DNA of 63,645 nt, counting the filler, from Neolecta irregularis DAH-3 (lineage: Eukaryota), in assembly GCA_001929475.1 (NCBI GenBank). It is 6 parts of 6 records of this genome, joined end to end, with 100 filler letters (N's around TTAATTAATTAA, not from the genome) between each part and the next. Parts side by side here need not be neighbours in the genome. Positions count along the whole stretch, not along the records: positions 1 to 19,090 come from LXFE01004301.1; positions 19,191 to 33,818 come from LXFE01000642.1; 4 more parts are not named here. The stretch is one strand, 5' to 3'. This document shows positions 12,449 to 25,200 of this stretch, piece after piece. The position numbers and the translations under genes were made by a program. Positions within the stretch are counted from its first letter, which is position 1, and each line of letters begins with the position of its first letter. The notes beneath the pieces are model-generated. The model was not told the DNA's origin. It ran no database searches and was given only the letters and a program-made list of their open reading frames with translations.

Positions 12449-15400
12449 TTATTGACTCTTCGGCCCAGTCGTATTTGCAACATCCCCCGACTTTAAGCTA
12501 CGTTTCTCACCAGTTTTCTTGAAGAGTTTTTGAAAACCTCCAAGGTAAATCCATGTGCCGACAAAAACGAGGGCGAAATCGAATATGACATAACCCCTAC
12601 AATTGTTAATTTAGCCATAGATCGTGTTGCATACCAGAAGATGCCGTAATCTCTCCAACGATGATAATAGAAAACCCTGAGCACAGCGCCCTGAATTATT
12701 AGAAAAAGCCAGGAACAAGATCGCACGTATTGGTCTCCAGATGAATAAGGACAGAAACCACACAATCCGCCATCAAGATCTTGTAAATAACCCGAACCGA
12801 TCATCTGAAGGAATTGGTTAGCATATTGCTGACAAGTTTGTCCGCTCGGTGGCAAGAAAGTTGCAAATTCATTACTACTACATTGGACCGGAACATTATG
12901 AATGACGCTTGACAAAATGCCTTCGAGGAGATAATGGAATGGTGACAACGGATACATCCAGCTTCTCCAAAAGGTGGGTATTTGATCAGGGGGACTAAGA
13001 ACCCCGCAGAATCCTAGAGATCAGTGTATTCAAAATTGAAAACGCACCAACGATAAAGGAGAAAAGAAAAGGAACAAGAATACTGGCGAATAATTCATTT
13101 GGACTGAAAGCAGCGATCATTTGTCCGAGAGAGACGTAGTAAAAAGTAAATAGAACAATTGACATCCACACGTAGAATCCCGAGGTAAAGGTTGTAGGGA
13201 ATCCGGTGCCAAAGTACCAACAGAGAAAGTATATTGTTCCGCAGAAAGCACTCCAAGGTATTTCCACCAAGATTGTGGACAAAATCAAGGCAGTCCAATG
13301 GTAGATTTTTGAAGCTCTTTCTCTTGCAGAGAATATATCTCGAAAAGCAAGGAAACGTGGTTGAAGTTGTTGAATTAACGGCGGCGCAATTGTAAGCGTA
13401 ATAAAGATAGAAAATAGACGATTTTGCATTCCGATGATAGTGTCTGGTTGTTTCCAAAAGGTGAAAGTGTTGAAGAGAGCGGTTGTGATGTGAAGTAGAA
13501 CCTTACCGATGATATACTGCGGTTCTCGCCAATATGCTGCGAATGTACGCTGGTACATAAGTCACAATAAGAACAAGGATTACACTACCATCAAAACCGC
13601 TTGAAATTGAATGGTCCAAGGCACAGCAAACTCCTTTTCGTCGAGTTCAACTGATGGTTTCTTGGAACCACGTTCATTGATTATGTGTTCAATCTCCAAA
13701 GTAACTTTCTTGAAAAGTTCTGAATTTCGCCATATTTCAGCCCAGTCTTGACTAACTTTTGCAGTCGCCCCAGCTGAAGATCAGCATTATTCAATCTGCA
13801 AGGGGATCACCTCCTACGACTTCAAGGCAATACTCTGCAGGATTCGCATTCGGTGGACATTTGGATGCTCCGTTATCCTCAAAATATTTAATAAGTGTCT
13901 GAGAATCTTTGCCTAATTCACCGAAATAGAGCTTGATGGTCAGGTAGACAAGATTAAAGAGATACCGTATGACCACCTGCTCCAAGGATCAAGAGGTCAT
14001 CAAAATGTTCAAACAAAAGAGCACTTGGTTGATGGATTGTACAAAGAATAGCTTGACCTGCTTGGGACAATTTGCGAATGAAGCGGATGACGTTGAATGC
14101 AGATTGTGAGTCGAGACCGCTCGTTGGCTAAGATTAGTGAACGCCCCTGATCAAGTGTTCAAACTTCGTCAAGAAACAGGAGCAATTGGGGTTTTGAAGC
14201 GAGTTCAACACCAATAGTCACTCGTTTTCTTTGCTCTACGGAAAGACCTTCACCAACTCTTCCAATCGCCGCAGAGGCCAGATCTTCCATTTCGAGAAGT
14301 TTAATGACCTTTTCGACATATTCATACTTTTCTTCTACAGGAGTTTCCTTGGGTTGTCGAAGTAACGCGGAGAATCTCAGTGCTTCCCGAACAGTAGATG
14401 TAGGCTCGTGAATGTCCATCTGTTCGACGTATCCTGTCGATCGCTGGAAAGACTTCCCAAGTGGTCTTCCATCTACCAGGATATCACCGGTGATAACACC
14501 TGTAGAAATCCGTTGCGCTAGTGCATTCAATAATGTTGTTTTTCCTGATTTATCAGATCTACTCTATCAAGTATTCTACCTGCTCCGCTCTGGCCAACCA
14601 AAGCAGTCAACCGACCAGGTTTGACCCAACCCTGGACATCGTTCAAGAGCGTTCTCGTTCCTCCCTGATAAGGAATGATATAGTTGACATGTTTCCAGGT
14701 AAAGATTGAGGTGCTTCCTGCCATTCCTTTCACTTCTTCCTTGATTTCGGATTCGTGGTGGCTGGTTGCTTGCCCAACTTCTTCATCAGAAGCAACTTTA
14801 ACGAGCGCATCCTGGACATGCTTGGGTGTTCCTCCCCGCTTGAATATAGTGACTGCACCACCTCCTCTGTGAGGTTTAAAGTTCTCCATTCCAATCATAG
14901 TGACAACAGTGAATAAAGCCCACCAGGCCAAAACTAGACGGTGAGACGATGAAATAGGGTCTTGCTTACTGATCCCGAAATTCCTCCAGAGGTGCGATCG
15001 ACTATAGGTAAAGCTCACTATCAAGTCAATCTCCAGTCAAAAAGAGTAAGAAAGATCACGTTCTATGTATCTTGCACCGGAAACTGTCGCACTTCCAGGT
15101 TCTGAACCGACGAGTGAGCATCCTTTGTTTGCAATGTCATTGTATCCTGGTCCAAAAGGAACTAGTTGAGGCACCACACACTGTAACTCGAGATTGTAAA
15201 ACTTGTCATTAGCTAGACGACAAGAGCCTTTTCAAACCTCGTTCGACATCAAGGCATCAAAAGCATAAGAAAGCGGATTGATATAAAATATCCAATATAA
15301 CCACTATAAAAAATTAATCATGGCTGTAGATTGAAATGCTTACCGGGTGCATACTCGGCCTGGGAATAAGATATCCCGAGTAAACGACAATAGCCTGAAT

Positions 15401-17493
15401 ACTCAATCCAGAAAGTCTGGTAGCAATATCCAAGCTAGAGCACAACGCCCCCAACATTCGGAAGAAACTGTACATTGTCATGGTTGAAATATAGAGAAAT
15501 AGACTGTTTATAAAGAATTGAGAAGCTGTTCTTTGGAGACCGGAGAGAAAGTACAAGATGAGATTGAAAGCCATGATTTGTATGAATATGACTGGAATAT
15601 CAGCGACCAGTTGAGCGACTGCAAAAGCCGCTGGACGATAAAATGTAAACGATTTGTGTTTAAGCTAAACGTTGGATCAACAGATAAACGGTTACGCACC
15701 AATATCGGCCGAGCTTGAAATGCAGCCGATAATTCAGCGAGAGCAAGTAAAGCATTAAACTAGATATTAGCCCCTGAAAAGAATATATATACCAAAAGAG
15801 CAAAGAATAGAGTTCCGCCTCTGGTGAATGCGCCTGCACTTGTTTTTTGTTGATTATAGAAAAGACTTCCAACGATTAATGCTTGAAACATTGCACTCGC
15901 GTTTTTCCCTATTAAAGAAGGTTTATCTCCCCATGTAACCTGATACTGTCGAATAGTACAATTCCAAATTTGACGGCTAAAGCTAGCTGTATATATGCCC
16001 TTCTTACTATTACCGGTTGACTCCCGTTTCGGAGAAAGTTGATTTTCAAAATCAACGACGTCTTGTTCATTTGTTTGAAAGAGTGGACTGTTGTGCCATT
16101 TTTGTTCGAGTTCGTCGGGAGTTAGCGGGGGATGTGCTCCATTTCGAATGACACGGGCGTTTGAATCAGTGACTGAAGTTAAAAAGTCGGCTGTTGTTTG
16201 ACGATCGGGACATTCAAAACCGAGATCGAGAAAATATGCCTTGGCGTCTTCTGATCGGCCAAAGAAGATACATTTCCCGTGATCTAGGAGAATAACCTTG
16301 TCAAACATCTACTTGTTTAGCTTGACCAATAAATAGACGGACATTGTAAAGACTTTCGCCAGCCTGGTAGATAGCTACTATAGTTGAGCATCTCGTCATA
16401 TTCGTCAAAACTCGAAGACTACGGACATATTCGACAGCAGCTATTCCATTAAAAGCGTGTCAACATAAAAACATACTACTAGCATCCAAGCCTCTTGTAG
16501 AATTGTCCCAACAACCAACGGCAGGCCTGGTAACCATAGTTTCAGCGATACTAGCTCGTTTCTTCTCGCCGCCGCTAATCCCACGAATATATTCGTTGCC
16601 AATTTTAGTGTGTAAAACATGTGCCAAGCCAAATATTTTTGTCAAAATCTCTCGAAAGCGCAGTTTATATTCCTTTCTGGATTCACCTTCTGTTCGTTTT
16701 TCAGGTGTCCGTTGTCGGACTGCAAAATCCAGAGTTTGTTTAACGTTGAGTCTGTAATTAAGCGCCCGTAAGATAATTTAATCATACGTGGCATAATGAA
16801 TGTCGTCTTCCTGATTATAAACGATTTCTCCTCTATATTTTTCTCTCATTTCAGATGAAGAAACACCACCATAAGTTATGTTTCCGTCAACCTTTTCGTA
16901 TCCTTCATGTAGATTTGCCAAAGTCTTTAAAAAAGTGGTGCTTCCACCTTCAGGTCGCGCTAATACAAGAAGCATCTCTCCATCGCGTACACATCCCGTC
17001 AACTTGTTTAAAATGGTACGAATTGGTTTAGTTTTATGCAAGGAAAAGTTTGGTCGGAAGAGTTCTGACACTGTAGGTTGAATTGATGTGCCGATACCGA
17101 TTCCTTGAACCTTGACGTTTCAGAGAGGAATGTATAAAAGACATACGGTGACATCTCGAAAGATTACTCCAACGTGTTTATGCTTTTCTTCTTCTCGATT
17201 AAAGATATCAGCCATAGTGTCTTCAAGATCATCGCCCGTCCTACTGGCCTGTCCCCCACGGGTACTATACTTTCGCACGAGATCGTCAAAGGCCAAGTCT
17301 CGGGCACTTCGAACAGTGGTGACTCGGTGTATGTCCTGTTGTTGAGTCTCCACCTGTAAGGAATTCTCGCTATTTTCTGCATTTGAGTCGGCAAAAGGTC
17401 AACTCAACTATTACCAGCAGATATACTCTCCCCGAGCATAGTTTCTCCTAGAGGAGGCAGTTGTTTCTCGGGGTCCAAGTCGTTAGCGGACAT
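12449..17493 (-). CDS. Full-size PDR-type ABCG multidrug transporter (Snq2/Bfr1/AtrB-like), multi-exon
   Basis: NBD1 [14 protein letters not shown] and [13 protein letters not shown]2 [29 protein letters not shown]; two TMDs and PDR cysteine-rich loops. Confidence 0.95.
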
Positions 17494-17820
17494 GTTAGTG
17501 AGAACGGAGATAGGGGCGTCGCTTGGTTAATATTTCCGCTGGTCCATGACGATTTGCGAAAAGCCATTATGTGGCGTTTCTGGATCGGTAATGATCTCGG
17601 CGGAAGGGTATCCCCGCAAGCTGTGCTTACTAAGATAGTTACACTGAACTTTGTAAGATAACGCTTTGTAAGATAAAACTCCAAGTTTGTTTTCAGTCAC
17701 AGCTGTGATTAATATTTGCAATGACCAAGGGTCTTGTATTGCGTTAAATCAGGAGTCAGGGTATTGTTGCGTTAAAGAGTCAGGGTATGAAGTCGGCAAC
17801 TACATCATTGGTAACTGAAG

Positions 17821-17836
17821 CTTATCCATCGATAAG
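17821..17836. promoter_or_regulatory. Inverted GATA pair in the divergent PDR/CIA1 promoter
   Basis: CTTATC-CATC-GATAAG; further GATAA sites in a duplicated ctttgtaagataa at ~17650-17678. Confidence 0.35.
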
Positions 17837-17932
17837 CCGGTGATTTGACATGTTAAAAGTTACAAGCCAGCTTAAATACGCATGGCTAATCTGATGGGAC
17901 AAAGCCTGTTGCAGCACAACCCACCTCCATCC

Positions 17933-18996
17933 ATGACCACTCGCAACATCCACGCATTACAACCCTTTCCCGAGCTGAATTCTCGTATATGGCATTTATC
18001 GCATCATCATAGTCTCCCACTTTTATCAGCATCCTTGTCTTCTCGGTCATCGAAAATTTTAAATACGACGACAGATGAGATCATCGCGACGCTAGATGAC
18101 ACGCATACCCGATCCGTCCGCGCGTCTTCATGGAAACCGATTAGTGAACCCTTGCTGGCAACTGCGAGTTTTGACGGGACTGTGGGGATTTGGGAACATT
18201 GGGATTGTACTGCGACGTTGGAGGGTCATGAGAATGAAGTGAAAAGCGTCAGTTGGAATTCTCGAGGTGATTTACTGGCTAGTTGTTCGCGTGATAAAAG
18301 CGTATGGATCTGGGAAGGTGTGTTCTTTCTGTGTTGCATGCCGGATGGATCGACCTGATATTCTTTTTCTGTGTTGGTGCTGATGGCAGTGGACGACGAA
18401 AATGAGTACGATTGCATCGCTGTTCTTCAAGATCACACTGCGGATGTCAAGTCTGTGCTGTTTCATCCTACAGAAGATGCATGTGGAATTTTCTATGCGC
18501 GCTGACGCTAGATTCTATTGTCGTGTTCGTATGACGATTCGATTCGGGTATACATTGACGACGACGGGGACTGGGGATGCATCCAAAAGATCAGCGCTCA
18601 CGATTCCACGGTGTGGGGCTTGGCATTCAACGAGGATGGAACATGCTTTGGTATGGGCCGGTATTATAGTGTTGACAGGCAGCAAGTTGTTCTGCGGACG
18701 GGACGGTCAAGATCTGGTCTACGGATGATTACACGCATGTGTGCACGTTGCCGGCGATCCACCAGGGGGCGGTGTATTCTGTATCATGGAATGGGACGGG
18801 GCTGCTGTCGACTGGGGAGGATGGGCGGGTGGTGTGGTATACGGCGGCGGCGGAGGGGGAGTGGCAGATCAGCGGGACGCGCGAGATGGCGCACGGAATG
18901 TTTGAAGTGAATTGCGTAGTGTGGAGCCCGGGCACTGCAAACAAGTTCTTCACTGGCGGGGACGACGGGGTAGTGCGGTGCTGGACGGTTGAGTAG
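17933..18996 (+). CDS. CIA1: Cytosolic Fe-S assembly WD40 protein Cia1
   Basis: [79 protein letters not shown]. Confidence 0.93.
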
Positions 18997-19024
18997 ACAA
19001 ATCAAGACCGCATATGCGGGAGGC

Positions 19025-19090
19025 GGCAGTATCGGGAGGCAGTATCGGGAGGCAGTATCGGGAGGCAGTATCGGGAGGCAGTATCGGGAG
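19025..19090. repeat. 13-bp minisatellite (ggcagtatcggga)n, ~5 copies, running into a gap
   Basis: Direct inspection. Confidence 0.9.
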
Positions 19091-19190
19091 NNNNNNNNNN
19101 NNNNNNNNNNNNNNNNNNNNNNNNNNNNNNNNNNTTAATTAATTAANNNNNNNNNNNNNNNNNNNNNNNNNNNNNNNNNNNNNNNNNNNN
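19091..19190. other. Assembly gap with artificial TTAATTAATTAA linker (also 33819-33918, 46900-46999, 52559-52658, 60852-60951)
   Basis: Each is a 100-nt N block with a central linker giving stops in all six frames. Confidence 0.97.
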
Positions 19191-19436
19191 GGCGGCGGCG
19201 GCTTCCGCCCGGCGCGCGCCTTTGAGCCCAGCGCGTTCAGCTGCGACGACCCCGGCCGCCACCGCAGCTTCCCGCTGCCCAGAGACTTCATGCGCCCGCG
19301 CGACGACGGCCAGCCAGTCATGGAAATGCCGCTGCCCCACCAACGCATCGGGTTTATCCGGGGAACCGTCATCAAGGACGCCCGCGGAGACATCGGCATT
19401 GCGAACTGGGTGTTCCAGCAGCCAGACGGCTACTAA
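19191..19436 (+). CDS. C-terminal fragment of an unidentified protein (5' part lost in gap)
   Basis: GC3-rich open frame ...MEMPLPHQRIGFIRGTVIKDARGDIGIANWVFQQPDGY*. Confidence 0.6.
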   Translation, partial: GGGGFRPARAFEPSAFSCDDPGRHRSFPLPRDFMRPRDDGQPVMEMPLPHQRIGFIRGTVIKDARGDIGIANWVFQQPDGY

Positions 19437-19515
19437 GCGCGGCTCCGAGAAAATCTCGACCCTTTGTAATGTACTTGACTACTGTTTTATAAAAGCCTGC
19501 ATCATCGCAGATGCT

Positions 19516-20862
19516 CTACTCTACGGTCGGCTCGGACACTGCTCCAGAGTCCGGCATCTTGATCGATGCGGGAATGCCGATCGACGTCTTGAACGTCAAG
19601 ACATCCGCCGCTTCTTTCGCCGGCGCTTCTTTCGCCGGTACCTGCTCATCCAGAGGTGCCTTGTGAATCAAAACACTCTCACACACTGCGTACCGCCCTC
19701 GTCGCCTCCAGCACTGCGCTGTCCTGCACGGGACTCGTCGATTCAGATGCCTCTGCGTCAGCCGCACCCCCAAATATGCATACTGCCTTCTTCTTGTAGG
19801 GCCCCCGTTTCGTCCCTGCTTTCGAAAAAGGGGTAAATGGCGCATAGCGATCCTCGCTCTTGACAGTCGCAGATATAGCTGCAAATTCACTAGTCACCTT
19901 TGAGCGTGCAATCTTGTTCATTGTCTCTGCCATCTCTTGTGCCACCTTTTCTAGAGGGTCGATCACCTGTCGGATCGCCTCGCATATCTTACCCGGGCAA
20001 TTATGCAGCGTCATAGTAGTCGGCTGGTAATGAACAGTGATGCCTTCCAGAGGAGGCGTGACGATCAAAAAAGACAACAAAGCCTACAATTACTCAACGT
20101 GCAATACCCGAATCGTACCTCTTGCGGATTTGAAGTATCCAGAATCGCACTTTTGGGCAGCATCCACCGCTCAGAGACATTCTCGCGGAATTCAAACACA
20201 ATGTCCGTTCCCATAACAATTCTTGCCTGAGGAGGCGATTTCGCCTTGGGCGCTTTGGCTTTGGCCTTGGCCTCTGGCCGTGCAGGAGAATGCAGAGTCG
20301 GATTACTATCATGCCCAACAGAAGTAGCTTGTATATAATTGGTCAAAACTTCAACCTGTTGAGGGGATGCTGTCCCATTCGCTACCATTGATAATATTTG
20401 CATAAGCTGCGGGTTTGATCGAGCAGCCTGGTTTAGTTTGTCAATAACTGCTTGTTGTTGCAATGGTGATATGGACGTGAATGTCGGACGTGAAGACGCT
20501 CCAGTCACTACAGACGCTCCAGTCACTGAAGACTCCTGAAACAGCGGAATATTCTTGGTCATCATAGCCTGACAACTACCAGACTCTGCAGCCGACCCTG
20601 TCGGTGACTCCACTCCTGAACTCGCTTTGAGCGGACCCAAATATTTCGCAACAAAGAATTTCGTTTCAGGAAATGTATGCACTCCAAATGACACGTCACA
20701 TACACCCAGACGAGTAAGATTGTGTTCAGGTTGATTGGATTTGCCTTCAGGATTCTTTTTCGATTTCCTCGTCGCAGATCTCGACCAAAAGCTTTTGAAT
20801 AAACCAGCACTGAGGTAAGTTTGTCTCGAACGCAACAAAGCAGCAGATAATCCTCTAACCAT
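19516..20862 (-). CDS. SWC3: SWR1-complex subunit Swc3-like
   Basis: LFKSFWSR, LGVCDVSFGVHTFPETKF, IDKLNQAARSNPQLMQILSMVANGTASPQQ, IVFEFRENVSERWMLPKSAIL and YQPTTMTL recalled as Swc3 blocks. Confidence 0.72.
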
Positions 20863-21021
20863 AAATACATACTACATGGGAAATGTACGAAAAGTCGGGA
20901 ATCAGCTCTGGAGTTGCATTATTCAATTGTATCTGAGACTGTGAGTGCATTGGAGGTTGCAAATCGATCCACCAACAACCACTATTTTTTGTGTTGCTGC
21001 TTTACTTTACTAGTATTACTG

Positions 21022-22258
21022 ATGGCCACTACATTTTCCCTTTTGCGTGCCGGCTGGCTGTTTCTGCTAGTGCTCGGAATTTTATACATGTTGTTTCTAA
21101 CAGCACTGGCGGTACCGGTATTACAACGCGCAGTCCAATATGCGCATGTTGTGCGGCTGCCATATGTTTCTTGGCTCCAAAAACCAGAAATGCTGGGTTT
21201 TGCCCCAGGACGGGTGCATTCAATGTTTTTGCCAACAGCGGACGGTCAGATTGTGCATACATGGCATATTCGACCCCTGCATTCATCTAGCAAGGGATCT
21301 TTGGTCGATTCTACATCGCATCTGGTCGTGTATTGTATGTCTTTGTGCAGATCTGCCAAACGACTCACCTGTCAGTTCATGGCAACGCTGGTACTCTTGC
21401 TTCCCAGGGCCGCCGCGACTTTTTCCATGCCGCCTCGGCCCTCCCAAACACCCATGTCCTTGCAATCGACTATGTACATCCTCCAACCCTAAACACATCT
21501 TACATCTCCAGCGCGGTTTCGGCCAGTCATCAGGCTCGCCGTCGGAAGAGGGCTTGATCCTGGATGGTATCATTCTTATCTCGTAAATCTGGTCTCACTT
21601 AAAGGCCTTGCAGCCGTACAATGGGCCCTTGATCAAGGCATAGATCCATCCCGCATCGCCATTGTCGGGCAGAGCCTTGGATCTGCCGTATGCATTGCCA
21701 CCGCTGAGCGCCTTGCCTCTATGAACATACACGTCAAAGCACTAGTGTTGATCGCTGGATTCACATCGGTGCCCGACCTGCTCAGTACCTTTAGAAACGG
21801 CGGCGTTTTTTCAATATTAGGGTATGTTTTCCCCCATTCTCTCTCTAATTCCGTCTAGACCCCTACAAAACTATCCTCTCCTTCAAAAGTGGCTAATCAA
21901 CACTTTTGTCCTCGACAAATGGGATTCTGCCAATCGACTTCATCTGTTGGTCCCAAAGTTGTCAACCGAGACCTCCATCCTCATCATACACGCTCACAAT
22001 GACTTTCATATCCCGTATTCACATAGTGTCCAGTTGTACGAAACGGCAAGAGCGCTTGTTCCCCACGATCTGTCAAAAAACGAAATGAGTGGAGTCGACA
22101 AGCACTTCTCGCTTGAAAGGGCAGGCAAACAAGTGGTCAAATTTGTGGAAACGTCTTTTGGCGGGCACAACCAAGTGCAAAACACCGATGCATCCATCAT
22201 AGCCATCGGAAAGGCTTTGGGTGTTTTACATGACTCATTTACGTACACATATACATAG
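21022..22258 (+). CDS. ABHD12/ABHD13 (Bem46-like) alpha/beta hydrolase with N-terminal TM anchor
   Basis: HGNAG, AIDY/RGFGQSSGSPSEEGLILD, GQSLG nucleophile elbow, C-terminal GGHN. Confidence 0.88.
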
Positions 22259-22293
22259 ATCAAGGAGAATTCAACATGCTCCTAATAAACTCC

Positions 22294-25200
22294 TTATGAT
22301 TCGTTCTTACTCTCCCACTCGCCCTTTTGGATCAGATTGTACAACTTGCCTTGCCGCTGCATCAAATTGTTGAACGCTCCAACTTCCACAACTCGTCCGT
22401 TTTCCATTACAACAACTTTATCCGCCAACTCCATCATCTCGCGTTTATGTGTAACAATAATACCCGTATGGCCGTTTAGACACCTACGAATGGCATCCTG
22501 GACACTTTTGCTGGACTCAGGATCCAATGCACTGGTGCACTCGTCAAGAATAAGTACTCGAGGCTTTCGAATAAGTGCTCGTGCCAGAGCAATTCGCTGA
22601 GCTTGACCGCCCGACAGCGCTCCACCAGACTCACCCAAGGTTGTATCATATCCTTCTGGAAGTGTCATAATAAAGTCATGAATAGATGCAAGCCGTGCTG
22701 CTTTGACGATTTCTGCCCGATCAAACTCACCATCCCCATAAGCAATGTTTTCAGCTACTGTAAGGTCGAACAACATTGGAGATTGGCTGACAATTGCAAT
22801 CTTGCTTCTCCACCACGATGTATCAAGTTGCGTGATTTCATGACCATCAATCTTTATCGCACCTGTATTTGCTTGATAAAAGCGTTGAATTAGACTAATA
22901 ACGGTTGATTTCCCTGACCCTGATCCCCTGTATGGTCAGTTTACACTTATCACCCATTCACATACCCTACAATAGCAATAGACTCGTTTGAATTCACACC
23001 AAAGCTAACGTCACACAATACAGATGCATTAGGACGACAGGGATACGCAAAATTCACCTTTTCGAAAAGTACCGCGCCGCGAAGAGGGAAGTGAGCGCTG
23101 CCCTGCCCCTCTTCTGTATCTACTTCTAGGTTCGAAAGAGTATAAATATGCTTGGCTGCTTCTTTTGTTCTGCTGATTTGTGGGAGTAGTGAAATCGATT
23201 GAGACGCATTGGATAGCGAAAACATCAGAATGGTAAACACAGTGAGAAGCCTGACGGCAGTGTAGGTCCCATTCGCGACCAGGTATCCTCCGTACCAGAA
23301 CAGTAACGCTTCAAATTAGTCTACATTATGGCAACCTCAAACCTTTGGTAAGATAACTGATAGCTTCAGTCATTCCATGCCCAAAGCCAGAAGCAAGGGC
23401 TCGTTGTGAAGAGCACTTGTCCAAGTTGTCAACCGCTTCGTTATGACGTTTCCGCATCAGTGGATTCAAGACAAAAACTTTAAGTATCTCATGGTTGAAA
23501 ATGCACTTGAATGTTAGTATATAATGCACTAGTAGCCATACGTCGTATTGGAGATCCCATACTTTCTCCAAAGCCTCGTAGCATTTCTTCTGAGATTGAT
23601 CCACCAGCCATGCATAAAGACGAGTAGAAAGATACATGACTGGTGCAACAGACAATCCAGCCAAAGTGAGCTGCCAGCCGACAATTAGAGACCAAATTAT
23701 TCCCATGACAATCATCGTCACTGCCACGAGTAAGCTGCCGGCGTACCTTCCTAAAATCGATCGTAAGGACTCAGTATCGCTCATTAAAATTCGAGTAATC
23801 GCCGAAGCTGAATGATCCGTGATATCAAACCACCTCTGGTCCTGCATGAGAATCTTTTCCATGCTTGTCCTTCGAATAACATTGACCCAAATCTGACCAC
23901 AGCGATCCAAAAAGTACGTTTTGAAGGCGAATGATAAGCCATCGGCAAATGCGATCAGCAACACTATAAGGGTCCAGTGATTGGCAAAGCTTGTGTCATC
24001 GAGTATAGTTTGAGAGAATAAAGAACTCAATAAACGAGACAAAGCGAAAGAAAAAAGGGGTGTAGCTGTACCATTTATAACACTGGCCAGAATGCCCACA
24101 CATAAAGCAAACTTTGAAGGAAGACCGATGATGGCATCTTTTACAAGCCTTGTAAAGGAAATGTTGATCTCTGCTTCTTGAGGAAGAACACACTCCATAC
24201 ACTCGACTTTTTCAGCAAGGCGTCTAGGTACGTAACGCTTTTGAACAGCAGTAGCTGCAGATATGACTGCCTTCAAGTCACTCTCCGGAACCGTTAATCC
24301 CCCTAGTGACAATTTTGCATTGTACGCAGAGGAGGTGAAGTCTAAAATTGTGCTTTGGTGACCGCCCTTTGAGATGCCAACCTTTTGAGGAATATGCGGT
24401 AGAAATGAAGATCGCCTACGGATCCAGGACGCCCGAATAGTTGATCGTCTTGATATAGCTTGTTGATTTAGCTTTTCAAGCTCTGGCTCAGAGAGGTGAA
24501 TCATGTTAAAAAACGGCCCTGAAGGATCCTGTATCAAGTCCCGTCTGAATCCACCTTGCACAACTAAACCATCTTTCATGACATAAGCGAAATCATCGTC
24601 TCGAATCTGTGAAATATCGTGAGTGATGATAATGGTCGTTTTCCCGCGCCTCCAGGCGCGGACAGCATCATTCACCAATGAACGTCGGATATAGTCCAGA
24701 GCGCTAGTTGCCTCATCTTGAGAGTTAGGTACTTTAAGGGTTGAAACTAGTACCAAGTATGAGGATCGATGTATCCCTTAAACGAGCTCGAGCAATGGCT
24801 ACCCTTTGCCGTTGACCACCACTAAGAAGATCATCAGTGACAACGGTGTCAATACCCTCAGGAAGATCAAACAAAGTCTCTGAGAGCATAGCCATTTGAC
24901 AAGCATTTTCGACTTCCTGCAAGGGGACGTTCAAAGGATCACCCCGAGCGAACGCGATATTATTGAATATTGTGTCGTCGAATAGGGAAGAATCTTGTTG
25001 AACCAACGTTACATTCTTTCGCAACCAGTTAGGATCAATTATGTCGATGGGATAGTTATCAACTGTTAAAGACCCATGAGAGATTTCGTAGAGTCGAACA
25101 AGAAGCGAGCCGATTGTACTCTTGCCAGATCCACTAGGACCCACGATATATGTTGTTTCGTAGGCAGGTATTTTGAGACTTAATCCACGCAATACATACG

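Noticed and set aside
19135-19146. TTAATTAATTAA palindrome recurring five times
   Set aside because: Always centred in a 100-nt N block; an artificial six-frame-stop linker.
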